Made by a program: the position numbers and the translations under genes. A stretch of DNA of 64,000 nucleotides from Caulobacter sp. (GTDB lineage: Bacteria; Pseudomonadota; Alphaproteobacteria; Caulobacterales; Caulobacteraceae). The stretch's first letter is position 1. Each line of letters starts with the position of its first letter. The stretch covers positions 118,358 through 182,357 of the forward strand of contig NZ_JAGIBH010000007.1 in assembly GCF_017744445.1 (NCBI RefSeq), in the 5' to 3' direction. Under the pieces are notes generated by a model, which was given only the letters and a program-made list of their open reading frames with translations, ran no database searches and had not been told where the DNA came from. Positions 18,867 through 31,312 of the stretch are shown in pieces.

Positions 18867-20798
18867 ATGAAAACTGGCCTGTTCGTCGGCGCGGCTCTGC
18901 TTGCGCTTACCTTGACGTCACCCGTCCTCGCCCAGGCCGTCGATCGCCGCGAGATGGGCGCCCAGATTCTGGAGAACGTGCCGGTCGCCTCGCCCGCGAT
19001 CCGCGAGAGCCTGTCGCGTTACCAGAACGCCCGCTCGGCGACGTTTGGCGACTGGGCGCCGGACGGCGGGGTGATCATCACGACCCGTTTCGGCAACACC
19101 AACCAGCTGCACACGGTGGCCGCGCCCGGCGCCGACCGCAGCCAGATCACCTTCTATGACGAGCCGGTCGGCGGCGCCCACACCCTGCCCGGCGGCCAGA
19201 TCCTGTTCTCCAAGGACACTGGCGGCGACGAGTGGTTCCAGCTGTTCCTGCGTGGCCCCGACGGCAAGGCCGTCCAGCTGACCGAGACCGGCACCCGTAA
19301 CGGCTCACCGGCATGGTCCAAGGACGGCTCAGTTCTCGTCTGGTCGCGGTCGACCAAGGGATCGGCCGATTCCGACGTCCTGATGCGCGACGCCTCGGGT
19401 CAGGCGAAGGTGATCTACAAGGGTCAGGGTCAGGTCTCGCCGCTGGCCGTGTCGCCCGACGGCAAGACGGTGCTGCTGGGCCGCTACTTCTCGATCTCGG
19501 AGTCCAAGCGCTGGCTGCTGGACGTGGCGACCGGCAAGTTGACCGAGCTCAATCCGTCCAGGACCAAGATCGCCTATGCCGGCGGCAAGTTCACGCCGGA
19601 TGGCCGCAGCGTGCTGCTGCTTTCGGACGAAGGCTCGGACTTCCAGCGCCTGACGGAGATCGACTTGGCCACCGGCGCCAAGGTTATTCTTTCGGGTGAG
19701 CGTCCCTGGGATATCGAAGACTTCGCCCTGTCCGACGACGGCCGCATCCTGGCCTATGTCGTCAACGAGGACGGCTATTCGAAGCTGGTGGTGCAGGACT
19801 TCCGCACCCGCCGCGCCCTGCCGCAGCCGGAGCTGCCTGCCGGGGTGGTCAGCGATATCGCCTTCTCGCCCGATGGTTCGAAGCTGGGCTTCAGCCTGGC
19901 CACGCCCACGGCGGCCAGCGACGTCTGGAGCTGGGGCGTCACCGACGCCAAGCTGGAACGCTGGACGGCCTCGGAGCTGGGCGGGCTGGACGCCAAGGCC
20001 TTGGTCAGCCCGTCGCTGGTCCGCTACCCCTCGTTCGACAAGCGCTCGATCCCGGCCTTCATCTACAAGCCCAAGCTGGCCGCTGGCCAGCGGGCCCCAG
20101 TAATCATCGACATCCACGGTGGTCCGGAAGGCCAGTCGCGCCCGACCTTCAGCGCCCTGCATCAGCACACCGTGGCCGAACTGGGCGCGGCGGTGATCGT
20201 CACCAACGTCCGTGGCTCGACCGGCTACGGCAAGACCTACCTGAACCTGGACAACGCCGAGAAGCGCGAGGACTCGGTCAAGGACATCGGCGCCCTGCTG
20301 GACTGGATCAAGACGCAGCCGGACCTGGATCCGTCGCGGGTGGTCGTCTACGGCCAATCGTACGGCGGCTACATGTCGCTGGCCGTGATGACCCACTATT
20401 CCGACCGCCTGGCCGGCGGGGTCGAGCGCTACGGCATCAGCAACTTCGTCTCGTTCCTGCAGAACACCGAGGCCTATCGCCGCGACCTGCGCCGCGTCGA
20501 ATATGGCGACGAGCGCGATCCGAAGATGCTGAAGGCCTTCGAGACGATCTCGCCGATGAACAATGTGGGCAAGATCACCAAGCCGATGCTGGTCATGCAG
20601 GGCTGGAACGATCCTCGGGTGCCCAAGTCCGAGTCCGACCAGGTCGTCGCCAAGTTGCGCGGCCAGGGGATCGAGACCTGGTATGTGCAGTTCAAGGACG
20701 AAGGCCACGGCTTCCTGAAGAAGGCCAACAACGACCGCCGTCGCGAGGTCGAAACCCAGTTCCTGCAGAAGGTGCTGGGAATCTCCCTGGCGAAATAG
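18867..20798 (+). CDS. S9-family prolyl oligopeptidase/dipeptidyl peptidase with N-terminal beta-propeller, secreted
   Basis: The track ORF 18792-20798 starts inside the repeat and is trimmed to the ATG at 18867 (GGAG upstream). The signal peptide is MKTGLFVGAALLALTLTSPVLAQA. The propeller repeats are TolB-like. The catalytic motifs are GQSYGGYM (Ser) and DEGHGF (His). Confidence 0.88.
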   Translation: MKTGLFVGAALLALTLTSPVLAQAVDRREMGAQILENVPVASPAIRESLSRYQNARSATFGDWAPDGGVIITTRFGNTNQLHTVAAPGADRSQITFYDEPVGGAHTLPGGQILFSKDTGGDEWFQLFLRGPDGKAVQLTETGTRNGSPAWSKDGSVLVWSRSTKGSADSDVLMRDASGQAKVIYKGQGQVSPLAVSPDGKTVLLGRYFSISESKRWLLDVATGKLTELNPSRTKIAYAGGKFTPDGRSVLLLSDEGSDFQRLTEIDLATGAKVILSGERPWDIEDFALSDDGRILAYVVNEDGYSKLVVQDFRTRRALPQPELPAGVVSDIAFSPDGSKLGFSLATPTAASDVWSWGVTDAKLERWTASELGGLDAKALVSPSLVRYPSFDKRSIPAFIYKPKLAAGQRAPVIIDIHGGPEGQSRPTFSALHQHTVAELGAAVIVTNVRGSTGYGKTYLNLDNAEKREDSVKDIGALLDWIKTQPDLDPSRVVVYGQSYGGYMSLAVMTHYSDRLAGGVERYGISNFVSFLQNTEAYRRDLRRVEYGDERDPKMLKAFETISPMNNVGKITKPMLVMQGWNDPRVPKSESDQVVAKLRGQGIETWYVQFKDEGHGFLKKANNDRRREVETQFLQKVLGISLAK

Positions 20799-20811
20799 AT
20801 GTTTACGCGGC

Positions 20812-21111
20812 ATGCTTAGCCGTATGGATAAGCATGCCGCCGCCCTCGACGACACCTTCCTGGCCCTGGCTGACCCGACGCGGCGAGCCATTCTGAGCCG
20901 GCTGGGCCAGGGTCCCGCCAGCGTCGGCGAGCTGGCCGCGCCCTACGACATGGCGCTGACCTCGTTCATGAAGCATCTGAAGATCCTGGAACGCTCCGGC
21001 TGGATCACCAGCGCCAAGGCCGGCCGCGTGCGGACGTGCGCGATCGTCACCGACCGCTTCGCCGACGTCGGCGCCTGGGTCTACGGGCACCGGTCGCTCT
21101 GGGAACGTTGA
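20812..21111 (+). CDS. ArsR/SmtB-family HTH transcriptional regulator
   Basis: 99 aa: FLALADPTRRAILSRLGQGPASVGELAAPYDMALTSFMKHLKILERSGWI. The start could be 20824. Confidence 0.85.
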   Translation: MLSRMDKHAAALDDTFLALADPTRRAILSRLGQGPASVGELAAPYDMALTSFMKHLKILERSGWITSAKAGRVRTCAIVTDRFADVGAWVYGHRSLWER

Positions 21112-21187
21112 CCCTTACGCAAGGGTCATATTGCGGCAGCTCATAAGCGCGGTAAGGTCCGTTTCATATCGAAACGGGAGGCGGCCC

Positions 21188-21559
21188 ATGGCCAAGGTGA
21201 ACTATGTGACGGTCGGCTCGAACGACCTGGAGAAGGCCAAGACCTTCTACGACGCCCTGCTGGGCTCGATCGGTTTCAGGCCACTGTTCGAACACCCCTC
21301 GGGCGGCCGCCTCTATCGCGGCGAGGGCTGCATGTTCGGGGTGCTGGGTCCGTTCGACGGCAATCCCGCCTGCATCGGCAACGGCATGATGGGCGGCTTC
21401 GCCTTCGACACGATCGAGGAGGTCGACGCCTTCCACGCCAAGGCCATCGAACTGGGCGGCAAGGATGAGGGTCAGCCCGGTGCGCGGATGCCCAAGGCCT
21501 ATTTCGCCTATTTCCGCGATCTGGATGGCAACAAGCTCTGCGGCTACAAGCTGGGCTAA
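21188..21559 (+). CDS. VOC (glyoxalase/bleomycin-resistance/dioxygenase-fold) family protein
   Basis: The track ORF is trimmed to the ATG at 21188 (GGGAGG upstream): MAKVNYVTVGSNDLEKAKTFYDALLGSIGF ... AYFRDLDGNKL. Confidence 0.85.
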   Translation: MAKVNYVTVGSNDLEKAKTFYDALLGSIGFRPLFEHPSGGRLYRGEGCMFGVLGPFDGNPACIGNGMMGGFAFDTIEEVDAFHAKAIELGGKDEGQPGARMPKAYFAYFRDLDGNKLCGYKLG

Positions 21560-21648
21560 AGCCTCACGTCGAAATTCCGCCCTGATCTGGGCCGCTTGCG
21601 GTCGCGATTGGGGCGCACCCACTCGTCCTCGCGATATGGAGACATGAC

Positions 21649-21804
21649 ATGCGTATCGCCTGGGAGCGCATCGGCGCCGTGCTGATGAGCGTGGGGTTCT
21701 GGACTGTCCTGCTGGTCTGGGGGCGACACGGCTTGCACCTGATGCGGGGCGAGGTCCACACCCTGGCCAACCTGGCACTGGCGCGGCGCGGGCCGCTCGC
21801 CTGA
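21649..21804 (+). CDS. Possible 51-aa membrane peptide upstream of recF
   Basis: Below the track length cutoff. My translation is MRIAWERIGAVLMSVGFWTVLLVWGRHGLHLMRGEVHTLANLALARRGPLA, with GGAGA 8 nt upstream. There is no family evidence. Confidence 0.25.
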   Translation: MRIAWERIGAVLMSVGFWTVLLVWGRHGLHLMRGEVHTLANLALARRGPLA

Positions 21805-21847
21805 ACTCGGGGGCTGCGCGACGGCGGCGAAGTGCTATTAGGCGCAC

Positions 21848-25449
<3,602 letters not shown>

Positions 25450-25476
25450 AACACTGTTCTAAGTGCTTGTTTTTGA

Positions 25477-25517
25477 AGCGCCGGGCGCCCGTTTCGCGGG
25501 CGTTCCGGCGCTTTTTC
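25477..25517 (+). terminator. Rho-independent terminator of gyrB
   Basis: Nested GC-rich hairpin AGCGCCGG-GCGCCCG-TTT-CGCGGGCG-T-TCCGGCGCT, followed by TTTTTCG. Confidence 0.7.
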
Positions 25518-25652
25518 GTGTTTGGAGGGCCTTGCGGCTTGGGTGTGACCTTCGGTGTCATCGCGCGGACGTGACGAGGGCGTCATCTTGCTCGGATAGG
25601 GCCGATTCGCCCGAAAGTTTGCTTCGCTAGTTTGCGTGGGGGCGCGACAGGG

Positions 25653-26720
25653 ATGGACCACGACGCCAGTCTCCGTCCGGAACGGATTCTCGACCTGTCC
25701 GAGCGGTTGTCCAGCGTGGCCGGGGCCAAGATCGGCGAGATCGCCCGGGTCAATCGCGCGGCCAAGATGCTGTCGATCAACGCCCTGATCGTGGCCGCCC
25801 GCGCGGGCGAGGCCGGCAAGGGCTTCGCCATCGTCGCCGAGGAGTTCAAGAAGATCTCGACCGAGATCGACGCGGTGGCCGCCGCCCTGGACAGCCAGGT
25901 GCGGGCAGACCTCGACGAGCTGTCGGCCATTGGCGGGGCCATCCTGGGCCACATGCGCGGCCAGCGCCTGGCCGACCTGGCGCTGAACGCCATCGAGATC
26001 GTCGATCGCAACCTCTATGAGCGCACTTGCGATGTGCGTTGGTGGGCGACGGACTCGGCCGTCGTGGCTTGCCTGGCCGACGACGACGCGGGCGCGACCC
26101 GTTACGCCAGCGAGCGCCTCGGCGTGATCCTCGACGCCTATACGGTCTATCTGGATCTCTGGATCTGCGACACGAAGGGGCGGGTGGTCGCCAACGGCCG
26201 GCCTGGCAAGTATCCGGGCGTGGTCGGCCAGTCGGTCGCCGACGCCAAATGGTTCCGGGACGGCATGCGCACGGCCACCGGCGACGACTTCGTGGCCTGC
26301 GATATCGAGAAGAGCCGGGCCTTGGGCGACGCTCCGGTCGCCACCTACGCCACCGCCATCCGCGAGGGCGGCCAGGCCAAGGGCAAGGTGCTCGGTGTGC
26401 TGGGCGTGCACTTCGACTGGCGACCCCAGGCCCAGGCCGTGGTCGACGGCGTGCGCCTGACGCCGGAAGAGCGCGAGCGCTCGCGCGTCATGCTGCTGGA
26501 CCAGAAGGGCAGAGTATTGGCCTCGTCCGACAATCAAGGGGTACTCAGCGAGATCTTTCCGCTGGATGTCTCGGGGGGCGCGATGGGCAGCTACGCGGAC
26601 GGCGACGTCACCATCGGCTATGCGCTCACTCCGGGCTACGAAACCTATGCTGGACTAGGCTGGTACGGGTGTTTGGTGCAGCGCCAGCAAGTTCCCGCGG
26701 CGACTTCGGCGGCGGCCTAG
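25653..26720 (+). CDS. Soluble protein with an N-terminal chemoreceptor-tip (MCP signalling) segment and a C-terminal Cache/PDC-like sensor-type domain
   Basis: ATG at 25653 (the track TTG at 25632 is also possible). [30 protein letters not shown] matches the invariant MCP hairpin tip; compare [28 protein letters not shown] in the MCP at 5360-7177. I saw no TM segment or HAMP. The remaining ~240 aa (DRNLYERTCDVRWWATDSAV...) look like a ligand-binding alpha/beta module. Confidence 0.7.
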   Translation: MDHDASLRPERILDLSERLSSVAGAKIGEIARVNRAAKMLSINALIVAARAGEAGKGFAIVAEEFKKISTEIDAVAAALDSQVRADLDELSAIGGAILGHMRGQRLADLALNAIEIVDRNLYERTCDVRWWATDSAVVACLADDDAGATRYASERLGVILDAYTVYLDLWICDTKGRVVANGRPGKYPGVVGQSVADAKWFRDGMRTATGDDFVACDIEKSRALGDAPVATYATAIREGGQAKGKVLGVLGVHFDWRPQAQAVVDGVRLTPEERERSRVMLLDQKGRVLASSDNQGVLSEIFPLDVSGGAMGSYADGDVTIGYALTPGYETYAGLGWYGCLVQRQQVPAATSAAA

Positions 26721-27093
26721 TCCTATTTCTGCTGAGTCTTAACCAAGCCGATTGCGAATTAATCGAACTATTTGGTCGCCTATAACGCGAAATCGACCAG
26801 ATTCGCGGCATTAACCACGGATTCTACGCGAGCGGCGTTGCCATGCGCTGCCGTACATGGTTTTTTAGGCCTAACCAAACCGCCGATAAAACTCTGCGTA
26901 CAGCCCACGGCGGGGCAGGCTCGTCATATTTCAAGTCTATAAGTCCGGTTGCGTTGTCTTATTCGCGCGAAGATTGCGGCGGTGTGTGATCTTCAAGAGA
27001 CGCTCTCGCCGAGAAATCGACGAAAAAGCGTAATCCGGGCTAGAGCATTCGTTTACGTTGTCCTAAAGGGACCCCGTTCAATTGGAGGGAGCA

Positions 27094-27699
27094 ATGGCTT
27101 CTAACCGCGTTCGCGCCATCGCCATTAGCCTGGCTGTTGCGCTCGCCCCGATCGGCGCTGGCGCCGTCTGGGCTCAAAACACTCAAGCCGCGCCGACGGC
27201 GCAATCGCTGCAAGCGACGATCCAGCAAGCCGCCGCTTCGGCCGCTGCTCAGCCGGGCTTCGCCCGCCTGTCGGCTCAAGCCAAGCTGGCCGCCATCCAG
27301 GCCGCTGTCTCGAACGCCCTGGCCGCCTCGGGCGCCTCGCCGGCCGTGATCAGCGCCGCCCTGGTGCAAGCCGTCGCCAGCGGCACGGTCAGCGCCGGCG
27401 TCGCCATCCAGGTCGCCGCGGGCGTGTCGCCGGAAGCTGCCCAGCAAGTCGCCTCGGCTCCGGCCGTGACGCAACAGCTGGCTCAAACCGGTCAATCGGC
27501 CACGGTCACCACGGCGTCGACCAACGGTGACGCTGGCGGCGCTCCGAGCGTGCTGGTCAGCCTGCAAGGCGTGTCTTCGACCGCTCCGGTCGACGGCGGC
27601 GCTGCTGCCGGCGCTGGCGCTGGCGGCAACACCCAGACGAACCAACCCGCGCCGTACGATCCGTGCGCCGGCGTTGTCGCTGCGTACTGCGGCAGCTAA
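27094..27699 (+). CDS. Secreted Ala/Gln/Ser-rich low-complexity protein with a C-terminal Cys pair
   Basis: ATG at 27094 with GGAGGGA upstream. The signal peptide is MASNRVRAIAISLAVALAPIGAGAVWAQ. The mature part is ~40% Ala with repeated A(I/L)QAAV-type motifs and ends ...PYDPCAGVVAAYCGS. I recognise no family. Confidence 0.6.
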   Translation: MASNRVRAIAISLAVALAPIGAGAVWAQNTQAAPTAQSLQATIQQAAASAAAQPGFARLSAQAKLAAIQAAVSNALAASGASPAVISAALVQAVASGTVSAGVAIQVAAGVSPEAAQQVASAPAVTQQLAQTGQSATVTTASTNGDAGGAPSVLVSLQGVSSTAPVDGGAAAGAGAGGNTQTNQPAPYDPCAGVVAAYCGS

Positions 27700-27770
27700 G
27701 CGACTAAGAACCCGGGGTGGACCGGCGCGTCACGACGCGCGTCGGCCACCGCTTACTGGTGGGGATAACC

Positions 27771-29036
27771 ATGCGAATTCTAACGTGCTCGGCCATCGCG
27801 GCCTGTATGGCGCTGACCGCGCCGCAACTTGCCCAGGCGCAAGATCTCGGCTCCAACTTCAAGCGCGACAAGAACGTCTCCGTTCGTCAGCGCCCGCGTC
27901 CGGACTACGAAGCGACCGGCCAAAAGGCTGGCGGCTTCACGCTGTATCCGCGCGTCACGGTCGACTTCGAGCATAACGACAACATCTACGCCGTCGCGAC
28001 CGCCAAGACCGACGACAACATCTGGCGCGTGAAGCCGGAACTGGCCGTCCGTTCGGACTGGTCGCGCCACGCGCTCGGCTTCTTCGCCGGCGGCAACGTC
28101 ATCCGCTACTCGGACAAGGGCACGGAAGACACCGAAGAGTACACCCTGTCGGCCAACGGCCGCCTGGACGTGGCCCGCGGCTCGAACATCACCGCGTCCG
28201 GCCAGTACCAGCGCCTGACCGAACCGCGCACGTCGATCACCGCCGGTTCGCCGGCCGGCGCGACGCCGAAGCCCGTGCAATATGACCTGGTCACCTCCAG
28301 CCTGGTCGGCACGAAGGAGTTCAACCGTCTGCGCGTCACCGCTCGCCTGGACGACAAGGACTTCAACTACAAGGACCAAGGCAGCCCGCTGTTCAATCAG
28401 AACACCCGGGATCGCAACGAGCTGTCGTACGGCGCCAAGGCCGAATACGCCGTCAGCCCGGACACCGCGCTGTACGTCTCGGCCACGGGTAACAAGAAGG
28501 ACTACGACACCAACCTGGCCGCGTTCGATCGCAGCTCGGATGGTTACGTGCTGGGCGTCGGCGCCAACTTCGACGTGTCGGAGTTGGTTCGGGGCGACCT
28601 GCAGGTCGGCTACATGAAGCAGTCCTATGACCGCGCCGCGTTCAAGGACATCGACGGCGTCAACGTCCTGGGCCGCCTGGAATGGTTCCCGACCCAGCTG
28701 ACCACGGTCGGCGTCAACGGTTCGCGGACCATCGAAGAGTCGGTCGCGCCGGGTTCGCCGGGCTTCGTGTCGAGCAACATCGGCGCGTCGATCGACCACG
28801 AACTGCTGCGTAACGTGCTCCTGTCGGCGTCGTATACCCACGGCAAGGATGAGTACGAGCAGATCGCTCGTGACGACAAGCGCGACAACTTCGCGGCCAC
28901 CGCCACGTACCTGCTGAACCGTCGTGTGGGTCTGTTCCTGACCTACAACTACCTGAAGCAGGACTCGACGGGCGCCGCCAAGGGCGCTTCGTTCAAGGAC
29001 AACAAGCTGATCGCTTCGGTCGCTCTGCAGTTCTAA
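27771..29036 (+). CDS. Outer-membrane beta-barrel protein of the type found in EPS/capsule loci (OmpL/BBP2-like)
   Basis: The track ORF is trimmed to the ATG at 27771 (GGGGA upstream). The signal peptide is MRILTCSAIAACMALTAPQLAQAQ. The sequence is alternating beta-strand throughout and ends in aromatic ...ASVALQF. Confidence 0.8.
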   Translation: MRILTCSAIAACMALTAPQLAQAQDLGSNFKRDKNVSVRQRPRPDYEATGQKAGGFTLYPRVTVDFEHNDNIYAVATAKTDDNIWRVKPELAVRSDWSRHALGFFAGGNVIRYSDKGTEDTEEYTLSANGRLDVARGSNITASGQYQRLTEPRTSITAGSPAGATPKPVQYDLVTSSLVGTKEFNRLRVTARLDDKDFNYKDQGSPLFNQNTRDRNELSYGAKAEYAVSPDTALYVSATGNKKDYDTNLAAFDRSSDGYVLGVGANFDVSELVRGDLQVGYMKQSYDRAAFKDIDGVNVLGRLEWFPTQLTTVGVNGSRTIEESVAPGSPGFVSSNIGASIDHELLRNVLLSASYTHGKDEYEQIARDDKRDNFAATATYLLNRRVGLFLTYNYLKQDSTGAAKGASFKDNKLIASVALQF

Positions 29037-29092
29037 GAGCTATCTAATTACGTCCACGAAACGGCAAGGTTTGCCGGATACTGAGAGTACCT

Positions 29093-31312
29093 ATGGACGG
29101 CTCCGGTTTTGAAACTTCGAACGCTCCGGTGAATGACACCGGAGCGTTGTCTTTTGACCTGAACATCGCAATCGCGACCTTCAGGCGACGCTTCCGGCTA
29201 TTCGCGGCCGTGGCTGTGGTGGTGTTCGCGGCCGTCGTGCTGTTCACCCTGCAGCAGACCCCAAAATACACCGCCGTGGCCCAGGTCATGCTGGACGTGC
29301 GGAAGGAACAGGTCACCGACATGAGCGCGGTGCTCTCGGGTCTGCCGGCGGATTCTTCCGTCGTCGACACCGAGGTCGAGGTGCTCAAGTCGCGCTCGCT
29401 GGCCAGCCGGGTCGTCAAGGACCTGAAGCTCGAGCAGGACCCGTACTTCAACCCCTATCTGCCGGACGCCAAGGGCGCTTCGGCCTGGCTGTCGTCGATC
29501 AAGAAGGCCGCCGCGCCGACCGCGACGACGGACCCGATCGAGCTGCAGCGTCAGCGCGAACGCATCGTCGACAACGTGCTGAACGGCCTGAAGGTCCGCC
29601 GCGCGGGCCTGACCTATCTGATCTCGGTCGAGTACACCCACACCGACGCCAAGCGCGCCTCGGAACTGGCGAATGCCTTCGCTAACCTCTACCTGACCGA
29701 ACAGCTGGAAGCGAAGTTCGACGCGACCCAGAAGGCCAACGAGTGGCTGGACACCCGCGTGTCCGAGCTGCGCGGCCAGGTGCAGGAAGCCGACGCCGCG
29801 GTCCAGCAGTACAAGATCGCCAACAACCTGCTCAGCGCCGAAGGGGCGACCCTGACCGAGCAGGAGATCTCCGGCCTGAACCAGCAGCTGGCCCTCAGCC
29901 GCGCCTCGCAGGCCGAGACCGACGCCCGCCTGAACATCGCCCGCCAGCAACTGGCGCGCGGCAGCACCGGCGAAGACGTCGGCGAGTCGCTGAACTCGCC
30001 GGTGGTGCAACAGCTGCGCCAGCAGCGCGCCACCAAGAGCGCCCAGGTCGCCGATCTGGCCGGTCGTTATGGCGAGCGCCACCCCGACCTGCTGAAGGCG
30101 CGTCGCGAGCTGGCCGACATCGACGGTCAGATCCAGGCCGAAATCCGCCGGATCATCTCGAACCTCGAAGCCCAGGCCCAGGTCGCGCGTCAGCGCACCG
30201 GTTCGGTGGCGTCGAGCGTCTCGGCCTCGAAGGGCACCCTGGCCGGCAACAACCGCGCCGCCATCGGCCTGGCCGAGCTGGAACGCAAGGCCCAGTCGGT
30301 CAAGACGCTGTACGAAAGCCTTCTGGCCCGCTTCAAGCAGACCACGGCCCAGGACGGCATCGAGCAGGCTGACGCCCGCGTGGTGTCGCCGGCCAAGATC
30401 CCGACCCGTCCCAGCTATCCCAAGCCCTCGCTGAACCTGGCCCTGGGCCTGGTGCTGGCCCTGGGCGCGGGTGTCGCGGCGGTCGTGCTGGCCGAGATCC
30501 TGATGGCTGGTCTCTTCACCGAGGACGAAGTCGAGCGCCGTCTGGGCCTGCCCTATCTGGGCGCGGTTCCCAGCCTGGGCACCACGGTCGACGACTCCAA
30601 GACCCTGAAGGGCCTGACGCCGCCGGACTACCTGCTGGCCAAGCCGCTCTCCAGCTTCGCCGAAAGCCTGCGCAAGCTGCGTGCGTCGATCCTGTTCTCC
30701 AAGGTCGGCGAGCCGGTGAAGGTCATCGCGGTCACCTCGTCCCTGCCGGGCGAAGGCAAGACCACGACGACCTTCTCGCTGGCCCGCACCCTGGCGACCT
30801 CGGGCGCCAAGGTCATCGTGGTCGACTGCGACCTGCGCCAGAGCGCGATCAGCCAGTTCCTGAAGGAACCGGTTCCGGTCGGCCTGCTGGAAGTGCTGAA
30901 CGGCGTCGCCACCCTGGACCAGGCGCTGATCAACGACGAAAGCGGCTGCCATATCCTGCCGCTGGCCAAGTCGTCCTATACGCCGCGTGACGTGCTGGGT
31001 TCTTCGGCCATGCACCGCCTGCTGCAGGAACTGCGTAACCGCTACGAGATCGTGCTGCTGGACACCGCGCCGCTGCTGGCGATCGCCGACACCCGCATCC
31101 TGGCGCCGCATGCCGACGCCGTGGTCATGCTGGTTCGTTGGAAGAAGACGCCGGTCAAGGCCGTGCAGTCGGCCCTGGCGCTGCTGCAAGGTACGCGGGC
31201 GTTCATCGCCGGTGTCGCCCTGACGCAGATGGACCTCAAGGCCCAGTCTCGCTACGGCTACGGCGACTCCTATTATTACTACGCCAACTATCGAAAGTAC
31301 TATGCGGACTAG
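29093..31312 (+). CDS. Polysaccharide co-polymerase / BY-type tyrosine autokinase (Wzc/ExoP/GumC-like)
   Basis: 739 aa. It has an N-terminal Wzz-type domain with a TM segment, a long coiled coil and a second TM segment. The Walker A is SSLPGEGKTTTT and the Walker B-like motif is VLLDTAP. The C-terminal Tyr cluster YGYGDSYYYYANYRKYYAD has 9 Tyr in the last 19 residues. Confidence 0.9.
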   Translation: MDGSGFETSNAPVNDTGALSFDLNIAIATFRRRFRLFAAVAVVVFAAVVLFTLQQTPKYTAVAQVMLDVRKEQVTDMSAVLSGLPADSSVVDTEVEVLKSRSLASRVVKDLKLEQDPYFNPYLPDAKGASAWLSSIKKAAAPTATTDPIELQRQRERIVDNVLNGLKVRRAGLTYLISVEYTHTDAKRASELANAFANLYLTEQLEAKFDATQKANEWLDTRVSELRGQVQEADAAVQQYKIANNLLSAEGATLTEQEISGLNQQLALSRASQAETDARLNIARQQLARGSTGEDVGESLNSPVVQQLRQQRATKSAQVADLAGRYGERHPDLLKARRELADIDGQIQAEIRRIISNLEAQAQVARQRTGSVASSVSASKGTLAGNNRAAIGLAELERKAQSVKTLYESLLARFKQTTAQDGIEQADARVVSPAKIPTRPSYPKPSLNLALGLVLALGAGVAAVVLAEILMAGLFTEDEVERRLGLPYLGAVPSLGTTVDDSKTLKGLTPPDYLLAKPLSSFAESLRKLRASILFSKVGEPVKVIAVTSSLPGEGKTTTTFSLARTLATSGAKVIVVDCDLRQSAISQFLKEPVPVGLLEVLNGVATLDQALINDESGCHILPLAKSSYTPRDVLGSSAMHRLLQELRNRYEIVLLDTAPLLAIADTRILAPHADAVVMLVRWKKTPVKAVQSALALLQGTRAFIAGVALTQMDLKAQSRYGYGDSYYYYANYRKYYAD

